Assembly: GCA_951812345.1 (NCBI GenBank)
Contig: OX638295.1
Location: 1,582,965 to 1,646,964, forward strand
From: Rhodothermales bacterium
GTDB taxonomy: Bacteria > Bacteroidota > Rhodothermia > Rhodothermales > VXPQ01
Reading direction: 5' to 3'
DNA length: 64,000 nucleotides
Notes under the pieces: model-generated
Databases searched by the model: none
What the model was told of the DNA's origin: nothing
Seen by the model: only the letters and a program-made list of their open reading frames with translations
In this document: positions 29,742 to 37,882 of the stretch, piece by piece
Numbering within the stretch: the first letter of the stretch is position 1
Layout of the letters: the number at the start of each line of letters is the position of its first letter
Position numbers and translations under genes: made by a program

Positions 29742-30779
29742 TCAATGCGATACGGCGGGCGTCCCGTGCAGTTCGCGCAGGCGTTGAATGACCTCCGAGT
29801 GTCCGAGTACGATAAGAATATCCTGTGCCTTAATGGCATCCTGGGCATTCGGATTGAAGTGCATTTTCCGGGTCGCTCCGTCTATAACCGCAATAACGAT
29901 CAAGTCGAACTGTTGCCTGAAATTGCTTTGCGCCAGGGATTTACCGACGATTTCGGCGCCTTCCCGTATCGTTACCTCGTCCATTGCCCGATCGAGCGAT
30001 TCGGCCTGAAATATCTCGTCCATGAATCGATCGACGTGTGGCCGCAGAATAACCTGCGCCATGCGTCTGGCGCCTATCTCGTCAGGCGCAATGGCCTTAT
30101 TGGCCCCGGCATGAAGAAGTTTTTGTGCATTTATCCGTGAGTTTGCCCGGGCGAGAATGAACAAGTCTTTCCGGATTTCGCGTGCGGTAAGGCTGACGAA
30201 GACATTCGTACTGTCTTCGGGCGTGGCAAGAATCAGGCCCTTGGCCGATTTCAGAGCCGCTGCATTAAGCATTTTCTCGTCTTCGGCGTCTCCTTCAACG
30301 AACGGAATCCCTTCCTCGCGCAACAACTCGATTTCATCCTCGGCCCGGTCGATAACCACGAACGATTCTCCGGCCCTGACCAGGTCCTTGACGATGCGTT
30401 TCCCTACTCGACCGTATCCGCAAACGATGTAATGGTTTTTCATGTGACTAATCTGTCTTTTCATACGGCCTTCCCTGAGATTACGACCAATCAGAAGCAC
30501 CTGTGCGCTGCGACCCGCAATAAAAGCAACGGCGCCGATGCCCAGGAAGGCAATAAGAATCGTGAAAAACCGGCCGGTGGTCGAAAGTTCATGGATCTCG
30601 CCATATCCTATAGTGGTCAGGGTTATGAACGTAAAATACAAACCATCTATCCAGCCCCATTCCTCAATCAGCATATAACCCACAGTACCCGCAACGACAA
30701 GAACGAGCAGAAAGAGAAAAACAGCGACGATTTCCCGGACCGTGGTGTCGAGCCAGGCAAGTGGGTTATGTGCAGCCAT
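29742..30779 (-). CDS. two-TM K+ channel with RCK/TrkA-N domain (MthK-like)
   Basis: Start refined to ATG 30779 (MAAHNPLAWL). Selectivity filter TLTTIGYGE. Rossmann motif IVCGYGRVGKRI followed by RCK C-terminal parts. Confidence 0.9.
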   Translation of the reverse strand: MAAHNPLAWLDTTVREIVAVFLFLLVLVVAGTVGYMLIEEWGWIDGLYFTFITLTTIGYGEIHELSTTGRFFTILIAFLGIGAVAFIAGRSAQVLLIGRNLREGRMKRQISHMKNHYIVCGYGRVGKRIVKDLVRAGESFVVIDRAEDEIELLREEGIPFVEGDAEDEKMLNAAALKSAKGLILATPEDSTNVFVSLTAREIRKDLFILARANSRINAQKLLHAGANKAIAPDEIGARRMAQVILRPHVDRFMDEIFQAESLDRAMDEVTIREGAEIVGKSLAQSNFRQQFDLIVIAVIDGATRKMHFNPNAQDAIKAQDILIVLGHSEVIQRLRELHGTPAVSH

Positions 30780-30786
30780 ACCCGGA

Positions 30787-31308
30787 TCAAATGGTACACG
30801 GTAAAGAAAATGCCTGGCGATGCCAGGTGGCGCCTGCCGGCTGTTCGAACCTGCCTGCCCTGATCTCTCCGAGCCACTGCATCCCAAGATCGAACACAGT
30901 GGTTTCCATATGTACCTCGCCGGCTTCGACACATGCTCGAAATTGCGCCCGGGATACGGAGCGGATAGCCTCGTTGGCGTCCCGGTAATGCACCAGCAAC
31001 GACGACAACCATTCAATGCCCAGCTCGGCATGAGCCTTATCGAGCGCATGAACGGAAGCATCGATGCCGCATCCGGAAATGTCTTCGCCCGGAATATGAC
31101 CGGCTATTACGGCAAACCGGCTCTCCAGCATGCCCGCGCCGCTCGCTACGGGATGGCCATGCGACGCCCAGGAGGCGCAGAACTCCTGCAGGATTTCGAT
31201 GACCCTGTTTTCTTCGAGCTCATTCAGGTCGCGGTCCGCCGCGTATATCCAAATGCGCGCATCGTCGGGCAGATGGCTGAATGGATCGGGGAGAGAGCGT
31301 TCGATCAT
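30787..31308 (-). CDS. conserved hypothetical protein (173 aa)
   Basis: This ORF ends 7 nt before the K+ channel start, so the two are probably co-transcribed. No motif I can name with confidence. Confidence 0.65.
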   Translation of the reverse strand: MIERSLPDPFSHLPDDARIWIYAADRDLNELEENRVIEILQEFCASWASHGHPVASGAGMLESRFAVIAGHIPGEDISGCGIDASVHALDKAHAELGIEWLSSLLVHYRDANEAIRSVSRAQFRACVEAGEVHMETTVFDLGMQWLGEIRAGRFEQPAGATWHRQAFSLPCTI

Positions 31309-31444
31309 ATGCGCATATACGAATGTTGCATGTCAGTAATGTACGCATACGTTTTTATGCGGAACACGTTCGCCATAGCAGGTTTTCCAGCCGTCAGGTA
31401 TTGAAATGGTCCCCAAAAACCGGACAGTTTTTGCACGGTTTCAA

Positions 31445-31454
31445 GGATACTCCG
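31445..31454. repeat. solitary terminal-repeat stub (GGATACTCCG)
   Basis: It is the reverse complement of the CGGAGTATCC variant seen at 11252-11261. It abuts the TTAA at which MITE copy B sits. Confidence 0.45.
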
Positions 31455-31459
31455 CTTAA

Positions 31460-31714
31460 GGATACTCTGATCAAAACCACTTTGCTCAGCACTTCACTTT
31501 CGCACGTAAGGGACGCCATGATTCCATCGTTGAAATCAGCAGAAAACATTGCGGGTTCCGGGCACTGCGGGCGTGAAGCGCCCTTCGGGAGACTGCGAGA
31601 AGCACGCTGGTCGTGTCATTCCTCATTATGTGGGGCCTGCCACATTGCTTCGTCATTCCTTGCCAGCCCGCTTCTCGCAAGCCTCTGAGCTTTGCGGACT
31701 TAATCAGAGTATCC
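31460..31714. mobile_element. MITE-like non-autonomous element, copy B (~255 bp)
   Basis: Perfect terminal inverted repeats, GGATACTCTGAT.. and ..ATCAGAGTATCC, extending to CTTAAGGATACTCTGAT / ATCAGAGTATCCTTAAG if the flanks are counted. TTAA lies on both sides (31456-31459 and 31715-31718). No ORF. It carries about 98 nt that copy A lacks. Confidence 0.75.
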
Positions 31715-31903
31715 TTAAGCGTAGCGGCGCTTCGGATGGATGGCCCGAAAGCCGAACTCTTCGAACGCAACGAGGCATGCCTCGCCAGACGCTTGACAAC
31801 AGAAAAGCGGCGCCGTTCCCTTCCGCACAGTGAAAACACTTCTCGCAACTTTTATGTATAATTGCCCTTGGCAAAGATATGGTATTCCATCTCAGGGGAG
31901 CGA

Positions 31904-34900
31904 ATGAACAGGGCGAAGCGGTTCCAGCAATACGCCCTCCGCAATACGCCGGCGAGGCTTTTCAATATTTTTGCGTTGTTGCTCGGTGTCCTGTTGCTTA
32001 CCGGGCTGAGCCCGGCCCCCGCCCCGGTCACGTTCAAAGCACTTGTCTTCTCGAAAACAGCCGGCTTCCGGCATTCCTCCATACCTGATGGTATCGCTGC
32101 CGTACGCGACTTGGCCGCACAAGAGGGCTTCACGGTAGATGCTACCGAAGACGCCGCCGCTTTCACCGACGCCAACCTCGCGCAATACCAGGTCGTCATC
32201 TTCCTCAACACCACCGGCGACGTACTGAATACCGGGCAGCAGGCTGCCTTCGAACGTTTCATCCGTGCCGGTAAGGGCTACGTCGGGGTTCATTCGGCAG
32301 CGGATACCGAATACAATTGGCCATTCTACGGCGGCCTGGTAGGAGCTTATTTCCAGAGCCATCCTGCCATCCAGACAGCGACCGTAAAGGTGGCCGATGC
32401 GGTGCATCCCTCGACAGAGATGCTGCCCAAACGCTGGCAACGTACAGACGAATGGTACAACTTCCGGCACAACCCGCGCGGCGAGGTACATGTGTTGGCC
32501 ACCATTGACGAGACAACCTATACGGGCGGCAGCATGGGGAGCGACCACCCGATTATGTGGTGCCACGACTATGAAGGGGGGCGGTCCTGGTATACTGCCG
32601 GAGGACACACAGAGGAGAGTTACAGCGAGCCGGCGTATCGCGAACACTTGCTGCAGGGTATTCAATACGCCGCCGGGATGGCGCCGGGCGATTGCGGGGC
32701 CACTGTCAACGAGTATTTCGAAAAGGCGATCCTCGACGCCAATACGAACAACCCGATGGACCTGGCCGTGGCGCCGGACGGACGCGTTTTCTTCGTGGAG
32801 CGGGCGGGCGCGCTACGCCTCTATACGCCAGGCACCGGGCTCACCACCACCGCGGCGTCGCTGCCCGTCGTAACGAGCAACGAAGACGGTCTTCTCGGCG
32901 TCGTGCTCGACCCGGACTTTGTCGATAACGGTTGGATATACCTCTTTTATTCGCCTGCCGGCGCCGAGGCGAAACAACATGTTTCGCGATTTACGCTGGT
33001 CGGTAATCAGCTGGACCTGGATTCTGAGCAGGTGCTCCTGAAGATTCCGGTGCAGCGCGAACAGTGTTGCCATTCCGCCGGATCGATGGTGTTCGATGGG
33101 GCGGGCAACCTCTTTATCGGTACAGGGGATAACACGAATCCATTCGAGTCGGACGGATTCGCGCCGATCGACGAGCGGCGCGGCCGGGCGCCGTGGGATG
33201 CGCAAGGAACGTCAGGCAACATGAACGACCTGCGGGGTAAGATACTGCGCATCACCCCGCAAGCCGACGGCAGCTACACGATCCCTGCCGGCAACCTTTT
33301 CCCGGCCGACGGCTCGGCGGGACGTCCCGAGATATACGTGATGGGCGTGCGTAATCCTTTTCGCATCGCTGTCGATACGAAGACCGACTGGCTCTATTGG
33401 GGCGACATAGGCCCTGACGCCGGCGCGACGTTATCGAGCCGGGGACCGGAAGGACTCGACGAGTGGAATCAGGCCCGCGCGGCCGGCAACTATGGCTGGC
33501 CGTATTGCATTGGTCCGAACCGGGCCTACGTGGATTACAATTTCGCCACCGGCGCGTCCGGTGCGCCGTTCAACTGCAACGCTCTCGTCAACAATTCGCC
33601 TAACAACACTGGCGGGGTCAATCTGCCGCCTGCGAAACCGGCGTGGATATGGTATCCCTACGCTCCCTCGTCCGAATTTCCGGTCCTTAACGATGGCGGA
33701 GGGCGGGCAGCGATGTCCGGGCCGGTGTATCACTTCGACCCCGACCTTGACTCCAAAACCAAGCTCCCCGCTTACTACGACGACACCGTCTTTATCTTTG
33801 AATGGTCACGGAACTGGATCCGCGAGGTGAAACTCGACGAAAACGGCGAGATACTTGTCATCAATCCCTTTGCGGCAGGTATCGAACTGCTACGGCCTAT
33901 AACCATGAAAGCCGGACCGGATGGAGCGCTTTACCTGCTGGAGTGGGGTACAGGCTTTGGCGGCGACAACGACGACTCGAAACTCGTGCGTATCGACTAC
34001 GTGCGCGGCACACGCGCACCGGTGGCCGTTCTTAACGCCGAGCCGACTTCCGGGCCGGTGCCGCTAACCGTCCAATTCTCCAGCAGGGACTCCTTTGACC
34101 CTGATCCGGACGACAGGCTCACATTTTCCTGGGATCTCGACGGCGACGGTACGGAGGACACCACGGACCCGAATCCTGTCTACACCTACAACACGCCAGG
34201 CACATTCACCGCACAGTTGACCGTTACCGACGCCACCGATAATAAGGCAACGGCATCGGTTGATATCATCGCAGGGAATACCAGGCCCTCGATCGTGCTC
34301 ACGGACCCCGTTGACGGCGGTTTCTTTGACTGGGGCGATCGGGTAGCGTTTGCCTTTAGCGTGAACGACGCCGAGGACGGCGCTACCGCAGACGGCGCCC
34401 TCGGCTGCGACGCGATGATTTTCCAGCCCTTCATCGGTCACAACGATCACAGTCATCCGCTTGACCAGTTCAATGCCTGTGAGGGCGTAATAACGATCCT
34501 CGACGCCCACGGCGGCCCCGCCGATAACCTGTTTTATATCGTCGAGGCCAGCTATACCGACAGCGGGGTAGGCGGCGCAGGCACGCTCACGGCACGGGCG
34601 CAGCATATCCTGCATCCCAAACGCCTCGAGGCCGAGCACTTCACGACGAATAATGGCGTCCAACTTGAAAGAACCGGGGATGTGCTGGGCGGGGGGCAAA
34701 ACATTGGCTACATCGAACACGGCGATTATGTCTCCTGGTCGCCCATCAACCTGAGTAACATCGGATTTGTTACCTTCCGTGTCGCCTCGGCGGGGTTCGG
34801 CGGCCGCATCGAAATACGCATCGATACCCCTGATGGACCGCTTATCGGAAAAACGCACGTAGAGCCGACGGGGGAGTGGCAGCGCTACCGCGATGTAACG

Positions 34901-35761
34901 GCGGCGCTCACCGATCCGGGCGGGACGCATGAGCTCTTCCTTGTCTTCAAAAACAATCCGGGCGAAGACGGCCTTTTCAATGTTAACTGGATGGATTTCC
35001 ACGGATCGGGAGTGGCGCTGGACCCCGGAGAGCCGGAGGGACTCCATGCGATGTACTACGACACGATCGATTTTACCGGTGCGTCTACCGAGCGCGTCGA
35101 TGCGCAGATCAACTTCAATTGGGCCGGCGACGCACCGTTGGCAAACCTGAGCAGTGAGACATTCAGCGTACAATGGACAGGCTTCATCGAGGCTCAGCAC
35201 GACGAAGCGTATACGTTCTACACCACTACCGGCAACAGGGATGGCGTACGCTTGTGGATCGATGAAATGCTTGTCATTGACCAGTGGCGGAATCAGGCTG
35301 CAACCGAGGCGAGTAGTGCGTCTCTCCGGTTGGAAGCCCAGCAGGACTACGCCGTCCGGATGGAGTATTTCAAGAATAGCGGATTGGGCCAGGTAGATTT
35401 ACTTTGGAGCAGCGCCTCCACACGCAAAGCCGTCGTACCTGCGCGCGTGCTCACCCCCGCCCCTGCAATAACATCGATCAGGGACGATGAACTGCCGCAG
35501 CAGGCCCTGCTCACGTCGATTCATCCAAATCCGCTACGACAGACCGGAACGATCACGTTTACACTGCCCGGGTCGGAGTGGGTAACGCTGGAAGTCTTCG
35601 ACATGCTGGGACGGCGCATAACTACCTTGCTCGACGAACAACGCGGACCGGGCGTCCACCGAACAGTATTAACGACAGAGCAGTGGGCAAGCGGCGCCTA
35701 CCTGTGCCGCCTTACTACACCGTCAGGTACGACAACGCAGCGTTTCGTATTACTTCGTTAA
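31904..35761 (+). CDS. secreted multidomain protein: ThuA-like + PQQ-dependent sugar dehydrogenase-like beta-propeller + PKD + CBM6-like + PA14 + T9SS C-terminal sorting domain
   Basis: ATG 31904 preferred (signal-like FALLLGVLLLTG). Domains, with approximate nt ranges: ThuA block FSKTAGFRHSSIP..HPIMW (32030-32680); propeller APDGRVFFVERAG..GNYGWPY (to ~34000); PKD LTFSWDLDGDG..YTYNTPGTFTAQLTVTD (~34010-34275); CBM RLEAEHF..NVNWMDF (~34620-35005); PA14 FSVQWTG..YFKNSG (~35040-35455); and the C-terminal T9SS tail ..VFDMLGRRI..YLCRL..TQRFVLLR. Confidence 0.88.
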   Translation: MNRAKRFQQYALRNTPARLFNIFALLLGVLLLTGLSPAPAPVTFKALVFSKTAGFRHSSIPDGIAAVRDLAAQEGFTVDATEDAAAFTDANLAQYQVVIFLNTTGDVLNTGQQAAFERFIRAGKGYVGVHSAADTEYNWPFYGGLVGAYFQSHPAIQTATVKVADAVHPSTEMLPKRWQRTDEWYNFRHNPRGEVHVLATIDETTYTGGSMGSDHPIMWCHDYEGGRSWYTAGGHTEESYSEPAYREHLLQGIQYAAGMAPGDCGATVNEYFEKAILDANTNNPMDLAVAPDGRVFFVERAGALRLYTPGTGLTTTAASLPVVTSNEDGLLGVVLDPDFVDNGWIYLFYSPAGAEAKQHVSRFTLVGNQLDLDSEQVLLKIPVQREQCCHSAGSMVFDGAGNLFIGTGDNTNPFESDGFAPIDERRGRAPWDAQGTSGNMNDLRGKILRITPQADGSYTIPAGNLFPADGSAGRPEIYVMGVRNPFRIAVDTKTDWLYWGDIGPDAGATLSSRGPEGLDEWNQARAAGNYGWPYCIGPNRAYVDYNFATGASGAPFNCNALVNNSPNNTGGVNLPPAKPAWIWYPYAPSSEFPVLNDGGGRAAMSGPVYHFDPDLDSKTKLPAYYDDTVFIFEWSRNWIREVKLDENGEILVINPFAAGIELLRPITMKAGPDGALYLLEWGTGFGGDNDDSKLVRIDYVRGTRAPVAVLNAEPTSGPVPLTVQFSSRDSFDPDPDDRLTFSWDLDGDGTEDTTDPNPVYTYNTPGTFTAQLTVTDATDNKATASVDIIAGNTRPSIVLTDPVDGGFFDWGDRVAFAFSVNDAEDGATADGALGCDAMIFQPFIGHNDHSHPLDQFNACEGVITILDAHGGPADNLFYIVEASYTDSGVGGAGTLTARAQHILHPKRLEAEHFTTNNGVQLERTGDVLGGGQNIGYIEHGDYVSWSPINLSNIGFVTFRVASAGFGGRIEIRIDTPDGPLIGKTHVEPTGEWQRYRDVTAALTDPGGTHELFLVFKNNPGEDGLFNVNWMDFHGSGVALDPGEPEGLHAMYYDTIDFTGASTERVDAQINFNWAGDAPLANLSSETFSVQWTGFIEAQHDEAYTFYTTTGNRDGVRLWIDEMLVIDQWRNQAATEASSASLRLEAQQDYAVRMEYFKNSGLGQVDLLWSSASTRKAVVPARVLTPAPAITSIRDDELPQQALLTSIHPNPLRQTGTITFTLPGSEWVTLEVFDMLGRRITTLLDEQRGPGVHRTVLTTEQWASGAYLCRLTTPSGTTTQRFVLLR

Positions 35762-35810
35762 ACTTCGTTCGGCAGGGGAAAAGGGGCTACCCTGACACAA
35801 AGGCCCGTCA

Positions 35811-35826
35811 ATCAAAGTATCCTTAA
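35811..35826 (+). repeat. solitary IS/MITE terminal-repeat copy (ATCAAAGTATCC + TTAA)
   Basis: AGTATCCTTAA is identical to the other termini. It lies in the 79-nt spacer between the T9SS protein gene and the SDR gene, with its TTAA ending 14 nt before the SDR ATG. Confidence 0.55.
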
Positions 35827-35840
35827 AATGACTTTATCAA

Positions 35841-36617
35841 ATGGACCTCGAATTGGGAAACAAGGTTGCGATCGTTACAGGATCGAGCCGGGGTATAGGA
35901 AAATACATTGCCAAACGCCTTGCGGCGGAAGGATGCCGCATCACAATATGCGCCCGTGGCGGTGAGCGCCTGCGGGAAACAGCAGCAGAACTGGAGAAGG
36001 AGGGAGCGTCGGTGCTGGCATTGGAGGCAGATCTTGCTGAGAAAGATGTGCCGCAGGAAATTGTCGACCGAACCGTCGAGCAATTCGGACAACTGGATAT
36101 TTTAGTAAGCAATGTGGGGGGAAACCGCCGTAAACCATTCGAGGACACGACAGACGACGATTGGGAAAACGTGCTCGACCTCAATCTCAGGGCACATGTT
36201 CGATCAGGACGTGCCGTGGCGCCGCACATGAAGGCCGCAGGGGGAGGGGCCATCCTTTTTGTGGCGTCTATTTTTGGGCGGGAAGCAGGAGGAGCCGGGC
36301 TCTCTATCTACAATGCCACGAAATCGGCCCTGATAAGCACGGCAAAGATCATGGCGCTCGAACTGGCCCCGGCCGGCATTCGCGTGAACAGCATAGCCCC
36401 GGGATCCATCCGGTTTCCAGGGGGAAGTTGGGACCGGCGCGTCCGCGAACAACCGGAACAGATGAAGGCATTCGTGGCGGAGAACCTTCCCGTAGGACGC
36501 TTCGGAAAGGCGGAAGAGGTGGCGGATGTGGCAGCCTTTCTTGTTTCGGAGCGGGCGAGCCTGGTGACAGGCGCCTGTCTCAATGTGGACGGGGGACAGT
36601 CCCGGTCGCTGATCTGA
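35841..36617 (+). CDS. SDR-family oxidoreductase (FabG-like)
   Basis: 258 aa: TGSSRGIG, NVGG, and the catalytic Y..K context YNATKSAL. Confidence 0.9.
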   Translation: MDLELGNKVAIVTGSSRGIGKYIAKRLAAEGCRITICARGGERLRETAAELEKEGASVLALEADLAEKDVPQEIVDRTVEQFGQLDILVSNVGGNRRKPFEDTTDDDWENVLDLNLRAHVRSGRAVAPHMKAAGGGAILFVASIFGREAGGAGLSIYNATKSALISTAKIMALELAPAGIRVNSIAPGSIRFPGGSWDRRVREQPEQMKAFVAENLPVGRFGKAEEVADVAAFLVSERASLVTGACLNVDGGQSRSLI

Positions 36618-36654
36618 AGGATACCGTTCCGGGTGCTATCCTTTTAAGGATGCA

Positions 36655-37719
36655 TCAGGTGCATTCCCTGAGCGTAGCTGTCACGCTGCGGCTCCCGCGC
36701 AGCGATTTTTTCCACTGGACAAGAATGGGGCTCTGGTATCTGCCCTGCAAAATGGACCCGCTCTCCTCCGGATGACCGTTACAGACTATCAGAAAACGAA
36801 CGGATTGCTTCATACCCAGAAAGTGCGATGCAGGCGCAGTGAATAACCGGTTGACGGTCCGGTCGGTGAACAACTTGCTGAACCCGGGAACGTTAAGGGT
36901 TCTGTTTACCATCCGAATGAAGTCGTACTTGACATACTGCCAGGTTTTACCGGGGATCGCCAACGGATTACGGAACAGGTACTGTCCGCCTGCAGCGGCA
37001 TACCGCATCGGATTTCTCAACACTGAAGCCAGGTCATGCTGCATCAATAGCGTTTCGTATTCGTTGACCGTGAGCCCCGCTCCAGGCTGGTTTGGGTCTA
37101 ATTCGAATTCTATCCATCCTTTTTCAATCCCATGCTGACGAATGAGCTCCTGGGATTTTTCGAACAGACCAATTTGCTCGTCCTTCAGATCGATCGAATC
37201 GATGTCCTGATCAGAGGTTGGCGCCTCGATCCTGAACCGGTCTACAAGGCGATCCTTGTTGAAGCCAACGACCGTAGACAACCGGCGGCGCGCCTGATTT
37301 TTGTGATTCACCCCATCCAGGTCTACAAAGTAAACGGGTTGATCCCCCTCGTTGCGATAGGACACGCAACTCTGGAGGCCGGAACTGATAAAGCTTAGAT
37401 GCGAATCCGCGTTGGGGGGCTCATTTTCCCGTTCTTCTTCCGTCAACTCCGTGCGCAGGGACATATTGTCGTGCTGATAGCTTTTTCCTGGCGGGAAAAG
37501 ATTCTGAAATGTGCGCAGAAAAGCGTGTATGGAATCCAGACTGTGATTCAGGCGCTGCGCCAGTCCCTGGTCGATATAGCCACCGGTGGTATGATGGGAA
37601 AAGTAGAGGGTCCGGTCGTAGGCGTCAAGGATATCCCCGTAACGCTCGCGGATACATTGCTTCACGTTGATAACAGCCAAACGAGTCGCCGGCGTTAACT
37701 CGATCTTGAGTTCGGTCAT
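36655..37719 (-). CDS. tandem YjbQ/UPF0047-like domain protein
   Basis: Start refined to ATG 37719 (MTELKIELTP). The N-terminal half has SHHTTGGYIDQG .. NADSHLSFISSGLQ. The C-terminal half has PGAGLTVNEYE .. ASHFLGMKQSVRF .. GSILQGRYQSPILVQW .. GSRSVTATL. Both halves resemble, from memory, the YjbQ pattern HT(S/T)xxLxxNE .. H(I/L)Kxx(L/M)xG .. GxWQ. Confidence 0.6.
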   Translation of the reverse strand: MTELKIELTPATRLAVINVKQCIRERYGDILDAYDRTLYFSHHTTGGYIDQGLAQRLNHSLDSIHAFLRTFQNLFPPGKSYQHDNMSLRTELTEEERENEPPNADSHLSFISSGLQSCVSYRNEGDQPVYFVDLDGVNHKNQARRRLSTVVGFNKDRLVDRFRIEAPTSDQDIDSIDLKDEQIGLFEKSQELIRQHGIEKGWIEFELDPNQPGAGLTVNEYETLLMQHDLASVLRNPMRYAAAGGQYLFRNPLAIPGKTWQYVKYDFIRMVNRTLNVPGFSKLFTDRTVNRLFTAPASHFLGMKQSVRFLIVCNGHPEESGSILQGRYQSPILVQWKKSLRGSRSVTATLRECT

Positions 37720-37882
37720 GGGATTATACGAGGGGGACAAATACTTCCCATGGATTGCATAGCAAGCAAGAATGAAAATCCGGAAGTGTAACCAGTCTTT
37801 TCTGCGAACGCAAAGAGCGCCCGCAGGTTTCTTGCCTGAGATGCTTCGATGCCTCGCGATGCCTCCGGCTTTTTCGACGCTT

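Noticed and set aside
29742-30779. Lower GC (~42-45% in some 60-nt lines) in the K+ channel gene as evidence of horizontal origin for the MITE-flanked cassette
   Set aside because: The low-GC lines coincide with the transmembrane-helix-coding part, which is rich in Phe/Ile/Leu codons. Other parts of the gene are ~55-57% GC. A proper windowed GC and codon analysis is needed before any claim.
31857-31862. TATAAT hexamer ~40 nt upstream of the large T9SS protein gene (with a TTGACA at ~31790) as a promoter
   Set aside because: There is no -35 element at proper spacing. Bacteroidota-type promoters use a different consensus, to which TATAATTG is only a near match. This is too weak to annotate.
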